A stretch of 63,866 nucleotides of DNA, filler included, from Octopus bimaculoides (lineage: Eukaryota): the NCBI RefSeq assembly GCF_001194135.2. It is 7 parts of 5 records of this genome, joined end to end, with 100 filler letters (N's around TTAATTAATTAA, not from the genome) between each part and the next. Parts side by side here need not be neighbours in the genome. Positions count along the whole stretch, not along the records: positions 45,505 to 53,510 come from NC_068985.1; positions 53,611 to 55,272 come from NC_068985.1; positions 55,373 to 62,657 come from NC_068984.1; 4 more parts are not named here. One strand, given 5' to 3'. Shown here one piece after another: positions 48,068-61,020 of this stretch. The notes beneath the pieces are model-generated. The model was given only the letters and a program-made list of their open reading frames with translations, had not been told where the DNA came from and made no database searches. The first letter of the stretch is position 1. Every line of letters begins with the position of its first letter. Made by a program: the position numbers and the translations under genes.

Positions 48068-48360
48068 ACAACAAGCTGCCAGAATCATTAGGACATTGGA
48101 CAAAATGCTTAGCAGCATTTCATTTGTTTTACTTTCTGAGTTCATATTCTGCTGAGATTGACTTTGTTTTTAATCTTTTTGGGATCGATAAAATACTAAC
48201 CCCGTCCACCCCAGTTCTAGGCCTTGTGCCTCTAGCACAAAGGATTTTTGTTACTATTTTATTAAGGCAGTGAGCTGGCAGAATCATTAGTGACTTGGCA
48301 AGAATGTTCAACTGCTTTTCTTCTGACATTTTGCACTCTGAATTGAAATTTACAGGTCAG
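48068..48360 (+). mobile_element. Family B SINE followed by a second head
   Basis: AGCTGCCAGAATCATTAG..GAGTTCATATTC..GGGATCGATAAAATAC..GGCCTTGTGCC, then AAGGCAGTGAGCTGGCAGAATCATTAG. Confidence 0.75.
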
Positions 48361-49323
48361 AGTTGAGTCTGTATTACTGATGGTAGAAAAGCTGTCTGAA
48401 TTTAAATGATTAAGTGAGCTTGTAGAATTCTTACAATAAGGATAGCTAATCTTAAGTGAGTTTCTATTAAAGCTTTGGTATTTATGATTTGTTGGAAAAC
48501 AAAAAGAAATTAAGTTTAGAAAATCTTACCCGGTATAAATTCTTAAGTTTAAAGTAGCATTTGGATTTTACTTCAAAATCTTTCTTGGTCTATTTTTATA
48601 CTTTGTAATGTTTGGTGGGATTGTGTATTGTATCTTATGTGGAAAGCTGCTATAATGAAGAGCCTCATTATAATAACTAGAGGCTCTAACGAACATTACC
48701 TGTCACTCACCATATCTTGAACATATTACTTCCCTAGGCTTTAACACACTAAACTCTCAATGTCTAGCAAATAAGATGGTAGAAACCCTTTAAATTATCC
48801 AACATATTTCCAACAACAACTTTGGCCACCTTTTTGAATTCAAGGCTTCAAGTATTTTGTAGAATAGCCTATAAAAAAATCAAAGAAGTTCATAATTCAT
48901 GATTTTCTGAAACATTTTTCACACTCAGAATTGTTGAAGCATAGAATAAATTCTCTGCATCAATTGTTAGTTGTCAAGACACTGCATTCTTCAAAAGTTC
49001 CATGCTTCCCAAAATTTCCCAACACTGCACCTGTTGTGCCTATGTACCATTTCCTCTTTATGGCTCTTTCACTGTTCATATTTCTGTCCTTTTCTGTTTT
49101 AATCTGTGTGTTGTGCAAATACTTCAGGCTTTCACTGCTGTCTTTCTTTACTTGACTTATGACTACTTTCTGTTCCCCCTTTTTTTCTTTTTCTGGTGAT
49201 TTGTAGTGTACTTGAGCACTGAATACAAAAAGCTCATTATCATTATGATATTATAGAGGGACCCTGGTTGTTCCATTATTTCAGCCTTGTAGTCACTCAA
49301 AGTGATGGCATGACTGTTTAGAG

Positions 49324-49657
49324 CAGTGGTTCTCTATTTTTTGTTTCTGGACCCTTTTGATTACACTTTTATTCTGGTGGAATTCAATAGCCATTCAATG
49401 TTGAAAACCTAGTTTTATAGATACTTCTTTCAAATTTCTTATTTTGTTTATCACACATTAACTTGTATAGGCTGAACTATGTAAAATGTTAGAGAAAGAA
49501 ACTTAACTGTTTCTTGAAATAAATACATCTAAAGCAAAACTTTTTCATGGACTCAATACTACTGTGGACCACCAGTTTACTATTTTGCTTGCATGGAGTT
49601 GATCAAAATTTAATATTGAGCCCTCAAGTCCATATGGATTCCATTTGTGAAACACTG
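49324..49657. mobile_element. hAT (Charlie-like) MITE
   Basis: Termini CAGTGGTTCTC and GTGAAACACTG. 8-bp TSD GTTTAGAG / ATTTAGAG (7 of 8 match). Confidence 0.8.
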
Positions 49658-49848
49658 ATTTAGAGCTATTTCAACAAATTTTAGAAGTGAACACCAGTTG
49701 CCCCTGGTCTAATGTATAATTGAGAGAATGTAAATGTCTCTATTTTGTCTATTTGTTTACACATTTGTCATTTCCTACCTGCTTACTTTTTGTAAATTAT
49801 GTTCTTCTTCACCGAACTATTGCAAATAATATATATGATGTTTGTTAG

Positions 49849-49881
49849 ATGAAATATCCTACTCTGTCATCTACATTAAAG
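49849..49881 (+). CDS. Candidate 33-nt exon (phase 0-0) of the membrane protein gene
   Basis: TTTGTTAG|ATGAAATATCCTACTCTGTCATCTACATTAAAG|GTAATG encodes MKYPTLSSTLK, in frame with the next exon. Confidence 0.4.
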
Positions 49882-50108
49882 GTAATGGTGGTTTCTTTAG
49901 TGTCTAAGTTTATGCTGCTATATGGGTTGAGGTCAGAAATTTTGTAAATGTTAGTAATACTGCTGTTAGATAATTCTCTGTCATAAAGATGGTTTGTCTT
50001 GTTTGATGATATGTGTGCATATGTGTGTGTATCATTCAAACATATACATATGCATTTATGCATGTATGAATGCATGTATGTATGTGTATATATTACACAC
50101 ATACATGC

Positions 50109-50172
<64 letters not shown>

Positions 50173-50314
50173 GGATAGAGAGGTAGATAGATAAATAGAC
50201 AGATAGACAGACAGAGACAAAGACAGAGAGAAATAGACCGATAGACATACACATATGCGTATTGTTTCATGATGCAATTCTTTGATCTTTTCTTTTTCCT
50301 TCTATTAATTCCAG

Positions 50315-50414
50315 CAATTGGTAGAAATTAAATGTCATTTGAAGATGTTGAACAGCAGTACTGGCAAGATGACTTCTTTGGTAACCTTTATATTTGCAGC
50401 TTTTACGGTGATTG
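50315..50414 (+). CDS. Coding exon of a polytopic membrane protein (possible GRL/DUF3537-like 7TM channel)
   Basis: Long pyrimidine tract ending TTCCAG and a consensus donor G|GTAAGT. Encodes QLVEIKCHLKMLNSSTGKMTSLVTFIFAAFTVI(G). Confidence 0.7.
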
Positions 50415-50645
50415 GTAAGTTTCTCTACACTTTTCTTTTTAGTTTACTAAGATACTTCCTCAGGGTTTGGACTTTACTCCACTTAAATCTTTTTTTGTAT
50501 TCAGTTTACAGAGTTTATTGAGTTTTGGCTTAACATAACTAAAAACTTCAAATATATATAGTATTTTTTGTTTTTCTTTTATGTTGGTGTTTTCTTTTCA
50601 GTAATCTCTGTTAATCTCTGTTATGGTTTTATCTCATAAACATAG

Positions 50646-50752
50646 GTTTGAATACATTATGTATGAATACTGCAGACCAGGCAGATATTTGGGTCTACCG
50701 GAGTCTTTTTCCTCTTGTCTGGGGAGTCATGCTCTTTGCTCCATTAATACAG
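50646..50752 (+). CDS. Next coding exon of the same membrane protein
   Basis: Acceptor CTCATAAACATAG and donor CAG|GTAAGA. Phase 1 to 0 continues the frame: (G)LNTLCMNTADQADIWVYRSLFPLVWGVMLFAPLIQ. Confidence 0.7.
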
Positions 50753-51192
50753 GTAAGAAACACCAAATATCTTCATTTTGTATTATCATTTGCTCTGTTA
50801 ACAAAGTAATATCGATAATAATTCCTTAAAAAGACATAAAATCCGAGATTTTTAAAAGAAAGCAAAATGGGAAGATGTGGTGTTTGTACTTAATTTTCAC
50901 CAAGTGATTATTAATGGATATCACAACTAAATATCCAACTCTTGTTACTGGGAACTTAAAGCTGCTCTTTGACATCTGTCAATGAGAATAATGATGACTT
51001 CAAATTTTGGTGGTAGGGTTGTGTTGAATTAACCCCAGCACTGGAAATTTTCTTGTTTATGTTGGTCACCAGAAGGATGTGAAGAAAGTCAGTTAACTGT
51101 GATTTGAGCTTAAACAACACAAACTATTTTGTCTACTATGCTAAAAATTCTGTCATTCACTAATGTCTTATGAATAAATACAAAGATCGTTA

Positions 51193-51540
51193 CCAGCGTT
51201 GCCTTCCTGGCACTTGTGCCAGTGGCACATGAAAAGACATTCAAGCGAGGTCGTTGCCAGTGCCACTGGACTGTCTCATGTGCAGGTGGCACGTAAAATG
51301 CACCATTTTGAGCGTGGCCATTGCCAGTACCGTCTGACTGGCCTTCATGCCTGTGGTACATAAAAGCATCCACTACACTCTCGGAGTGGTTGGCGTTAGG
51401 AAGGGCATCCAGCTGTAGAAACTCTGCCAAATCAGATTGGAGCCTGGTGTAGCCATCTGGTTTGCCAGTCCTCAGTCAAATCGTCCAACCCATGCTAGCA
51501 TGGAAGGTGGACATTAAGCGATGAGGATGATGATGATGTA
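51193..51540 (+). mobile_element. SINE/RTE-type 3' region with internal GCCAGTG/GGTGGCAC sub-repeats and a (GAT)n tail
   Basis: GAGTGGTTGGCGTTAGGAAGGGCATCCAGCTGTAGAAACTCTGCC..CCCATGCTAGCATGGAA, then (GAT)n. A second copy lies at 52328-52500. Confidence 0.8.
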
Positions 51541-52327
51541 GCGATGAGGACTGGCATATAAGCTGAGGAACTAAGCACACAAGATAAAATTAAGATGAAT
51601 GACATAATACATCCCCTTGTCTTCAATAGGAATTTAAATTTGAAAGGATGTGAAAATGGCTTAAAAGTGCTGTTTTAATATCTAAAACAGAAGAATATAT
51701 ATTTGTTGAGAAAGACCAAAGTTTATCCACAATAAACTAGTTAAAAAATAGCTTAAATGGAGACAGTAAATGTAGGCTATACAGTGAACAACAAAAACAT
51801 TATCTCCAATTCTCTGATTTCGGCCAAGTCAAAATATATACATAGGTAGGTTGAAACAATGAGAGAACCTCTATGCAGTTATTTGACATGTTAAAAATAG
51901 CAGCAAAAATTTTCCTCAAATCACATCAAACCAAAAATAATTATAAAAAATGAAGATGGAATAGTCATTGCTGATTATAGATGTGCTAAACCATGATATG
52001 AAGGCTAAGTAATTACGACCAAATAGTAGTTATAGTCACTACAATACCAAATTAAACTAACAACAAATAATATAAGCACACATCAAAATATGGAGACTCT
52101 AAATATAACCAAGTCATTATATACTGATGCAAAGTGATAGGGAAAAGCAAACCACTCAGACATTATTATTAAAGATTAAGTTACAAAGTTACAAAAGGAT
52201 ATATTTGTTCAGAACAAGGTAGATATGGATTTCAGTTTAGATATGATATATGAATCGTTCATTCTATTTGGAGCAATAGTAGTTTAAACAAACAATGACA
52301 AATCATACACCCGTGGATCTAGGTATA

Positions 52328-52500
52328 AATATCTACACTCTCTGAGTGGTTGGCGTTAGGAAGGGCATCCAGCTGTAGAAACTCTGCCAAATTAGATTGG
52401 AGCCTGGTGTTGCCATCTGGTTTCACCAGTCCTCAGTCAAATTGTCCTACCCATGCTAGCATGGAAAGCGGATGTTAAACGATGATGATGATGATGATGA
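52328..52500 (+). mobile_element. Shorter copy of the same element, ending in (GAT)n
   Basis: Near-identical to 51375-51535. Confidence 0.85.
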
Positions 52501-52664
52501 TTTCAATAAGCAGCTTCATATGACTGTATACATTCTATGTAAAAAGGAATAATTAAAAATGATAATTTGTTTGACACTCTACTGAGTCTACCAATTATCA
52601 CTCAAATAACATTCTAACGTAGGCCCAGATCACAAATTCTGATTAATAAAAAAAGTAAAGGTAC

Positions 52665-52910
52665 TGTCTCGAGTCACACCAACTCACAAGGGTCAGTTTC
52701 TCAGTTTCATGGCATATATATTTATTCCCCACCTGGATGGGACGCCAGTTCATCACAGGATTACTCATTTTTGCCAGCTGAGTGGACTGGAGCAACATGA
52801 AATGAAGTGTTTTGCTCAAGAACACAATGCGGCGCCTGGTCCAGGAATTGAAACTACAATCTTACAATCATGAGTCCCAACATCCTAACAACTAAGCCAC
52901 ATGCCTCCAC
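52665..52910 (-). mobile_element. OR2-like SINE head with a different (V-domain-like) tail
   Basis: Minus strand: GTGGAGGCATGTGGCTTAGTTG..TTGTGTTCTTGAGCAAAACACTT..CCACTCAGCTGGCAAAAATGAGTA, then CCTGTGATGAACTGGCGTCCCATCCAGG. Confidence 0.8.
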
Positions 52911-52934
52911 AACAAATTCTAGTGGAAGAATGTA

Positions 52935-53315
52935 GTCGATAAATTAAGTACCGGTTGCATACTGGGGTCAATCTAATCGACTGTCCTGTCCCCAAAAATT
53001 TCGGGCCTTGTGCCTAGAGTGGAAAAAAGAATATTAAACAGATGCAACAAAATACTATAATAAGCATTTTGTCTGTTTGTTATGATCTCTGTCATCAACA
53101 TTATCAACAGTTTAGGAAGAAAGCCAGTAATTTTTGAGTGGGTGGTTTAGTGGATAACATCAACTCCAGCACTTGACCAGTCCTTATTTTTATTGACCGT
53201 AGAAGGACGAAAAGCAAATATGCCTTTGGCAGGATTTGAATTCAGAAAGCCAAGAGCCAGACCAAAGCCCACAAAGTATTTTTTCTGATGCTCAAGCAAG
53301 TCTGCCAACCCTCTA
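52935..53315. mobile_element. Two family B SINE fragments (+ at 52935-53030, - at 53150-53315)
   Basis: GTCGATAAATTAAGTACC..ACTGGGGTC..GGCCTTGTGCCTAGAGT, and the reverse complement of a diverged copy. Confidence 0.7.
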
Positions 53316-53610
53316 CCCTTATTAGCTGTTCCTAACATTTCTGCCAGTTCAATGATGATGATGATGATGATGATGATGGTGATGGTGATGGTGGTGGTGG
53401 TGGTGGTGGTGGTGGTGGTGGAGTCAAAATTAAAAGCAAAGTGCCATTGTTATCTAGTGAACGATATTTCAACATCTTGTATGTCTTCAACTGGTTCAAA
53501 AAATAAATTTNNNNNNNNNNNNNNNNNNNNNNNNNNNNNNNNNNNNNNNNNNNNTTAATTAATTAANNNNNNNNNNNNNNNNNNNNNNNNNNNNNNNNNN
53601 NNNNNNNNNN

Positions 53611-53685
<75 letters not shown>

Positions 53686-53971
53686 TATATATGTATTGCT
53701 TGTAAATGAAATAGGGATATTGTAATCAATACATAATATAGATTATCAGCATATAATGACATAAATTAGAAATGGAGCCGCTATTCGTTATCCAGTCTTT
53801 GGTAATCGCAAGCAGAATGAATAAATGAATAAACGTACAGCGTGAAACTGGAGTAGCTACCAAATATATGTAGGCACACACAGACATAGGACAGATACGC
53901 ATAGACACACACTCGCACATACATACATACATACATACATACATACATACATGCATGCATACATACATACA

Positions 53972-54004
<33 letters not shown>

Positions 54005-54139
54005 TTATGTATGTATATATGTATATATGTGTGTATTTATTTCGAGACAAAGTGTTAATTCTTTCTCAGGAAACGAACTTTGTATAGAATAATCTTTGAT
54101 TTGTTCAGTTGCTTTATATGTATTTTTCATATGAGCGGT

Positions 54140-54335
54140 CGGTTTAAGGCAGAGAGCTGGTAGGATCATTAGCGTGCCGGGCAAAATGTTTATCTGCATT
54201 TCGTTCGGCTTTACTTTCTGAGTTCAAATTCCACCAAGGTCGACTTTACCTTTCACCCTCCTGGAACCGATAACATCAGTCCCAGTTGAACACTCCCCGA
54301 AATTCTGAGCCTCGTGCCAAAGTGAGAGTTTTAGA
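54140..54335 (+). mobile_element. Family B SINE
   Basis: AAGGCAGAGAGCTGGTAGGATCATTAGCGTGCCGGGCAAAATG..GAGTTCAAATTCC..GGTCGACTTTACCTTTCA. Confidence 0.8.
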
Positions 54336-55079
54336 TGTTATTCAAATTGCCCATTCTGCGATTCGCGAGACGAACAAAGATTGCGTAACAAGAGACTTAA
54401 AAGTTATTTGTGAGCGTGTGCGAGTGTATAAGTGTGTTTTTGTATGCATGAAAATATGTGTGCTTGTGTACTCTGTTTATTTCCACCTTACCTATAATAA
54501 TATTGTCATCTTACTGGTCAAACTAAGTTATATGTCTCCATAAATTAATTATTACTCCTTAGAAAGGTTTTGCAACCATCATATTTGTTTAATTTTCCGT
54601 CTAATATTTTTCGTGCCCTGATAACCTATTATTCATTTCAAAGGACATTTATTGCTATTATTGATATTTCCCATATACCGCATCACATTTTCTTTTATCT
54701 TATATTCCGACACATCTCTAAACGGTAACCGCCAAATCGAAAGTGTTTCTTCAATATATTTCTCACCTTAAGGGGGTGACCTGCCAGAATCGTTAGTCTG
54801 TAGTTCGCAAGGTGCGAATGTTTCTGCGTGTCCCTATAAAAATACCTCTGGAATCTGCAGCCCTTTCATATATACGTAGTATATACATAAGTATCTACAT
54901 TTTTTTCTTTATATCAATCTATAAAATCTCCCTTTCTACCTACTTATGTTTTTTTTTCATTGTTGTCCCCACTTTTGTTTTTTTTTTCTGCTTTGTTTTC
55001 GCCCCCCTCGAAAAGAAAAAACTCTACATTTGTATTTTGTCCCCTCTGTGTTGAGCCCTGTGTGGCTAATAAAGAAACA

Positions 55080-55102
55080 TATCTATCTATCTATCTATCT
55101 AC

Positions 55103-55134
<32 letters not shown>

Positions 55135-55159
55135 ACCTGTCTGTCTGTCTGTCTGGCTG

Positions 55160-55200
<41 letters not shown>
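55080..55200. repeat. (TATC)n/(TGTC)n microsatellite
   Basis: Seen directly. Similar tracts at 60960-61050 and 62005-62120; (TACA)n tracts at 53920-54000 and 59120-59260. Confidence 0.95.
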
Positions 55201-55201
<1 letters not shown>

Positions 55202-55372
55202 ATCATGGACGGACGGTAGACACATCGGCTCCCATGTAAGTTGCATTTTTCACCTCTTAAAAGACCTATTTTNNNNNNNNNNNNNNNNNNNNNNNNNNNN
55301 NNNNNNNNNNNNNNNNTTAATTAATTAANNNNNNNNNNNNNNNNNNNNNNNNNNNNNNNNNNNNNNNNNNNN

Positions 55373-55412
<40 letters not shown>

Positions 55413-55952
55413 GCCCGGATATATATCGATAAATATATAATTAAGTGTAGATTAATCAATATATTATTATTTAAAGGGTATATATATATATATAGATATA
55501 TAGATATATATATATATGATTGTAAATATATACACAGACGTGTATATTAATACATTATCTCTGAGAGAATTTTAATTAAGTGCAACTGAGAAAATAAGTA
55601 ATATTAATGTAAAAGAAATAATTGAAAATGTTTATGTATGTTTCATTTTAAATTACCACGGAATCATAGCTGATGCATATGTTAAAAAATGACACACAAG
55701 GCTTATTGATATTATAAAATGTTTTCTATGCGTAGGCATACATAAAAGTAGTATTTCATATAGACGCACACTTTTACGCAAATATACACAGGAAAAAAAA
55801 AAGTCAAGTTTGTACAAGTAGAAATTTAAAAACAGCAAACATTGTCAATACTCGTAAGAGGGAGTTGCAGATTTTATACATCTGAACTCGATGAGTGTGA
55901 TTTCGCATCTGCCCTATTTAACCAGTCATATCACCATAAAATGTCAACGACT

Positions 55953-56003
<51 letters not shown>

Positions 56004-56099
56004 TACACACACACACGCACACAGATATCTATATACATATATGACATCTCATTTTAACAGATATATTTACCAAAATTACATGAAAATATTTTGGAATAC

Positions 56100-56845
56100 T
56101 AAAGAGTAAATTTATTCAATAAAATCGCCATTCGCTTCAACCACGGCCTCCAGAAGACTTCAGAATCTCCTTCAAATCTTCTCTACGGTCACCTTGTTTA
56201 AGTTGGTAAAAGCTACCATGATCCTTGCCTTCAGTTCATCTTTGATGTTACACGGTGTTTTGTTGGTCTCTCGCTCAACTGCGCCACAACTAATTATGGA
56301 GGGGGTTGCGGTCTCGGGAGTAAGGTGGCCAGATGTTATGGGTGATGTGGTCGCAGAAATTGTCTAACAGTCTTCTAATTGTCTAATTCTCTAACAGGTT
56401 CTCCTGCTTGTGTGGCATGATACATACGTGTTGCCAGACGTAGGGTCTTTCAGCCGCCGCCATCTTGACCTAAGGAAGCACTACCTTCTGCAGGCACTTG
56501 ACGTATGCCACCGTGTTTAGTCTCAAGCCGTGCGGGCAGGTGAATAGCGGCATAATGTCGCCATCACTAGTGATCCATCCAAACACCGTGATGTTGACTG
56601 GATGTTTGATTCTTATAACTCTCGTTACATGTCCTCAGATTGCACTCTCCTCAGAAGGACATCCAAACACTCTGAAATGCTCGTATTTGAGCTTTTGGTG
56701 CAAATACCAAGCAGTACAACATGTCGTTTCCAAATCTCTGGCCGAGTAAATTGTGTCATGGTGCTGTTTTTCTCACAGACCGTGCCCAACTGACTGTACT
56801 ATACTGTGTACTCCACAAATCAAAAACAAACAATGTACATGCAAT
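56100..56845 (-). mobile_element. maT (DD37D) Tc1/mariner deletion derivative
   Basis: KHPVNITVFGWITSDGDIMPLF..GLRLNTVAYVKCL..RPYVWQ..IWPP. The 5' end is homologous to 62800-62990. Confidence 0.85.
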
Positions 56846-57803
56846 ATATATATATATATATGTGTGTGTNNNNNNNNNNNNNNNNNNNNNNNNNNNNNNN
56901 NNNNNNNNNNNNNNNNNNNNNNNNNNNNNNNNNNNNNNNNNNNNNNNNNNNNNNNNNNNNNNNNNNNNNNNNNNNNNNNNNNNNNNNNNNNNNNNNNNNN
57001 NNNNNNNNNNNNNNNNNNNNNNNNNNNNNNNNNNNNNNNNNNNNNNNNNNNNNNNNNNNNNNNNNNNNNNNNNNNNNNNNNNNNNNNNNNNNNNNNNNNN
57101 NNNNNNNNNNNNNNNNNNNNNNNNNNNNNNNNNNNNNNNNNNNNNNNNNNNNNNNNNNNNNNNNNNNNNNNNNNNNNNNNNNNNNNNNNNNNNNNNNNNN
57201 NNNNNNNNNNNNNNNNNNNNNNNNNNNNNNNNNNNNNNNNNNNNNNNNNNNNNNNNNNNNNNNNNNNNNNNNNNNNNNNNNNNNNNNNNNNNNNNNNNNN
57301 NNNNNNNNNNNNNNNNNNNNNNNNNNNNNNNNNNNNNNNNNNNNNNNNNNNNNNNNNNNNNNNNNNNNNNNNNNNNNNNNNNNNNNNNNNNNNNNNNNNN
57401 NNNNNNNNNNNNNNNNNNNNNNNNNNNNNNNNNNNNNNNNNNNNNNNNNNNNNNNNNNNNNNNNNNNNNNNNNNNNNNNNNNNNNNNNNNNNNNNNNNNN
57501 NNNNNNNNNNNNNNNNNNNNNNNNNNNNNNNNNNNNNNNNNNNNNNNNNNNNNNNNNNNNNNNNNNNNNNNNNNNNNNNNNNNNNNNNNNNNNNNNNNNN
57601 NNNNNNNNNNNNNNNNNNNNNNNNNNNNNNNNNNNNNNNNNNNNNNNNNNNNNNNNNNNNNNNNNNNNNNNNNNNNNNNNNNNNNNNNNNNNNNNNNNNN
57701 NNNNNNNNNNNNNNNNNNNNNNNNNNNNNNNNNNNNNNNNNNNNNNNNNNNNNNNNNNNNNNNNNNNNNNNNNNNNNNNNNNNNNNNNNNNNNNNNNNNN
57801 NNN

Positions 57804-57864
<61 letters not shown>

Positions 57865-58899
57865 AAACTTTAGTCAATTTGATGGATTCTGTGCCATTTT
57901 AACTTTTTTCTCATTATGGAATTCAGACATTGTCATCTCATTTAAACTTTTCTTCCTTGTTTCAAAAGTCGCGCAGCTATATCATGTTTTTCTATCTCGA
58001 CATTTTGTATTCTGCACTTTATCACCTGATATTAGCAGGTATATAAGTATTTGTGGAAACTCAAAGTTGGTACTTAGTTGCGGAGAACGACTCCGATTAG
58101 AGACGAAAAATAGGTGGATGCTGTTTCGTCTTTTACTGTCCCCGAACACACTGTAATATGACAATCACTGGTATATTAAGTGTTTTAATTTTCGATCTGA
58201 CTGCGAAGAGAACATTTAAGATACAAATAGTGCTCTGCAATCTATTTTATACCCTGATATTAGTGGTTTTGTAAACATTGTGTTCGTGGATAGTTAAAGT
58301 TATTATACATTTGCTGACGACTACTCCAAAAAGATTTGAAATATACGTAGAAGTGTTTACTCTTTTTCTCTTCAAGAACTTATTGGAGACAGATGGTTTA
58401 TATTCGATGTAACAAGTGTTTTATTATACTTTAGAAAACATGTATGCCATATTTTTCAACAGTTCAATGAAAATGAAAAAGAATCTTTTATAATCTAGCA
58501 TGAATTCGTTCTGAAATAGGAATGAAAATCAGCATTGAATGAATGCAAGTGTATTAGAGAGAAGTTTCTAGATAGGAAAGTTACCTGTCACTCCGACGTC
58601 ACTCAAACATAACCTCAGAAATATCAACATCACATTCTTCATTCTCTATCTAACTCTCTCCCGCTCCCTCTCTCTTCACGTTTACCTCTACCCTACATCA
58701 ATCTTCTACAACTACAGAGAGATAAAGAGAATGAAAATTTGCTATTACTCAGTTTAAACTTTTCCTCTTCCTACATCCTCTTTCTTTGTAAGGACTGAGG
58801 AAGATTTAGCTGCTCACTCTCAAAGTAAATGTTATAGAAATCTCTGTGAGATAGCAAGTAATAAGGATTTCATAATCTGATACAAGGACATCAATTTTA

Positions 58900-59062
58900 C
58901 GGGGAACGGAATATGTTGATTACATTGATTCCAGTGTTTCACTGATACGTTCTTTTTATTGAACCCAGAAGGGTAAAAGACAAAGTTGTCCACAACGGAA
59001 TTTGAATTCTGTACTTAACGCATTTTTCTGACGCTCTAGTGATTCTGCAAGCTCATCGCCTA
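58900..59062 (-). mobile_element. Family B SINE, degraded
   Basis: Reverse complement gives GGCGATGAGCTTGCAGAATCACTAGAGCGTC..GAATTCAAATTCC..CCCTTCTGGGTTCAATAAAA. Confidence 0.65.
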
Positions 59063-59279
59063 GTGAATGAAAATAGCATTATATTATGTTTTGTTGTTCC
59101 TCAGTATTCGTTGGACAAATACATACACACATACATACATACATACATACATACATACATGCATGCATGCATACATACATACATGCATGCATACATGCAT
59201 GCATACATACATACATGCATACATGCATGCATATACATACATACAAACATACATACATAGTATATCTCTCTATGTAAGT

Positions 59280-59462
59280 CTTTGTGTTTTTGTTTGCTCT
59301 ATAGCACCACTTGACAACCGGTGCTGGCTTGTTTAGGTTCCGTAATTTTGTGGTTCGACAAACGACACAGATAGAATAAGTACTAGCTTAAAAAAATAAT
59401 AACACTGGTATTGATTTGTTCAATACAGTGCCCAGTCCAGTGACTGAAACAAATAAAAAGAA
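59280..59462 (+). mobile_element. SINE family A, 3' half
   Basis: CTTGACAACCGGTGCTGG..GATAGAATAAGTACTAG..GTGACTGAAACAAATAAAAAG. Confidence 0.75.
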
Positions 59463-59929
59463 ATTATAAGATGAACAGTGAATGCATTGAAGCCATGAAT
59501 ATCCTATTATCTTTCCTGCAATAGTGTACACTTAACTGCATGATCTCTCTTTTGACTTTTCTAAGAAAATTTAGTGGAGATATTACTGTAATTTTTAGCA
59601 GATCACATGATCCCATTTATACAAGCGATCTCGTCGACTCGGAACAAAGTGGAATTATCTGGTAAATTATAAGTTGCATGCGATGCATTTAGGCTCAGAT
59701 ATCACCCTGTTAAAATATGTTTTTACTGTTAGAATTTATGTTTCTCATGAGTACAAGGGTAAAATTTTGTAGGGTAGTAGGAAAGTTTATGATATATTTT
59801 TTATTAATTTTATTGGGAGGTATTAGTAGACTCCACGGCCACCTGACGTCCACCTAGACCGATGGGATCGATGAAAGAATCGTTCATCTTGTATGGTTGC
59901 ATGTTACCACTTAGGAAAAGGAAAAGAAA

Positions 59930-60310
59930 CACGGTCCGAGATCGAATTTAAGAGCAGTGATATTCTGAGGTGTGGAGAAAAGCTCGGTGTTGTGGTTCGT
60001 TCAAAACCTTTCGGCAGCTACTAAATTCCTGAAGAGACTCAGAGAAAAAGCGAGCTGGGGTGACTAAGTTGAGATGGGCCTCACTCATCTCGGAGGATAA
60101 ACGTCAATGTGGTGGCTGTAAAAAACAGAAAGTGATGAGACTATGCATTTGGTTAGAGGTAGGTGTGTGGTGGTAAACTGCTTTGTGTCACGCAGTCAAG
60201 AGACCTTCTGGTGGGGATTCGGAATATGTGTAGAAGCAGCATTGTTCCGCATATGTAAGCAATATTCCTTTGTGAACTCCGATCTGCTATCGTTCGTAAC
60301 TGGAAAATAT
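59930..60310 (-). mobile_element. Possible highly degraded APE-endonuclease fragment of a CR1/Jockey-type LINE
   Basis: GC-richer island with only weak remnants (CCFYT, SPQLAFSLSLF). No intact catalytic motif. Confidence 0.25.
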
Positions 60311-60962
60311 TATATCAAATAATGACTAAGTTAATATGTTCTATTTCATTTGATTTGAATATGGTATCCGATAAGCTGATATCTGAATGGACCACTGAAG
60401 AATATTTGAAACGTTAAGTTAAAAGATTTTAATTTTTTCTATTGAATACTACATTTAATTTCCATGTTTTCTTCTATTTTGTATCTCTCTGATATTATTT
60501 TATAACACTCAATTCCTTTCTTTTTTCTTCCTTTCTTCTGTCATTATACACTGAAAGCCAGTTTTAAACTCTTGTAATGTGTCCTCCAATTTTACGCATA
60601 CATAGTAATTCTGTAAGGGTGAACAATAAGCGGGTATTTGGAGACTTAATCATTATCACAGTTTCCGTTTATGCTTCAATGTTTATTCTATGGCAACGGC
60701 ATCTGTACGCAGTGTCTGTGACTAACTCTCGCCGACGGTTTCAATTTAACACTTGGTAATTACCAAGTGAGAAAATATGCACCGTTAATAGGTACTGGTT
60801 CAAAACTATCGATTACTTTCATTGGCTTGAAGCCTCGTAAGTATAGCAAAACTAAACATGAGGTTGCGTGGCCTTTATTATTTTTCTTCCTCCCCAGCCA
60901 GCCCCATCTCAAATTTTCTTACTCTTTCTTTCTCTCTCTCTCTCATTTTCTCATTCAGACTT

Positions 60963-61020
<58 letters not shown>

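Noticed and set aside
48945-49240. In-register open frames on both strands (K/E-rich on minus, hydrophobic on plus), about 85-95 codons
   Set aside because: Frames of this length are expected by chance in 64 kb. There is no recognisable domain and no convincing splice pair linking to the 49849 exon.
50929-50961. Echo of the 33-nt exon (KYPTL..LK)
   Set aside because: No acceptor or donor in register. Short AT-rich similarity is probably chance.
60577-60759. ORF with RVFGDLIIITVSVYASMFILWQ, superficially like a GRL last helix
   Set aside because: Two scaffold breaks away from the 50-kb exons, with no suitable acceptor or phase. Likely chance.
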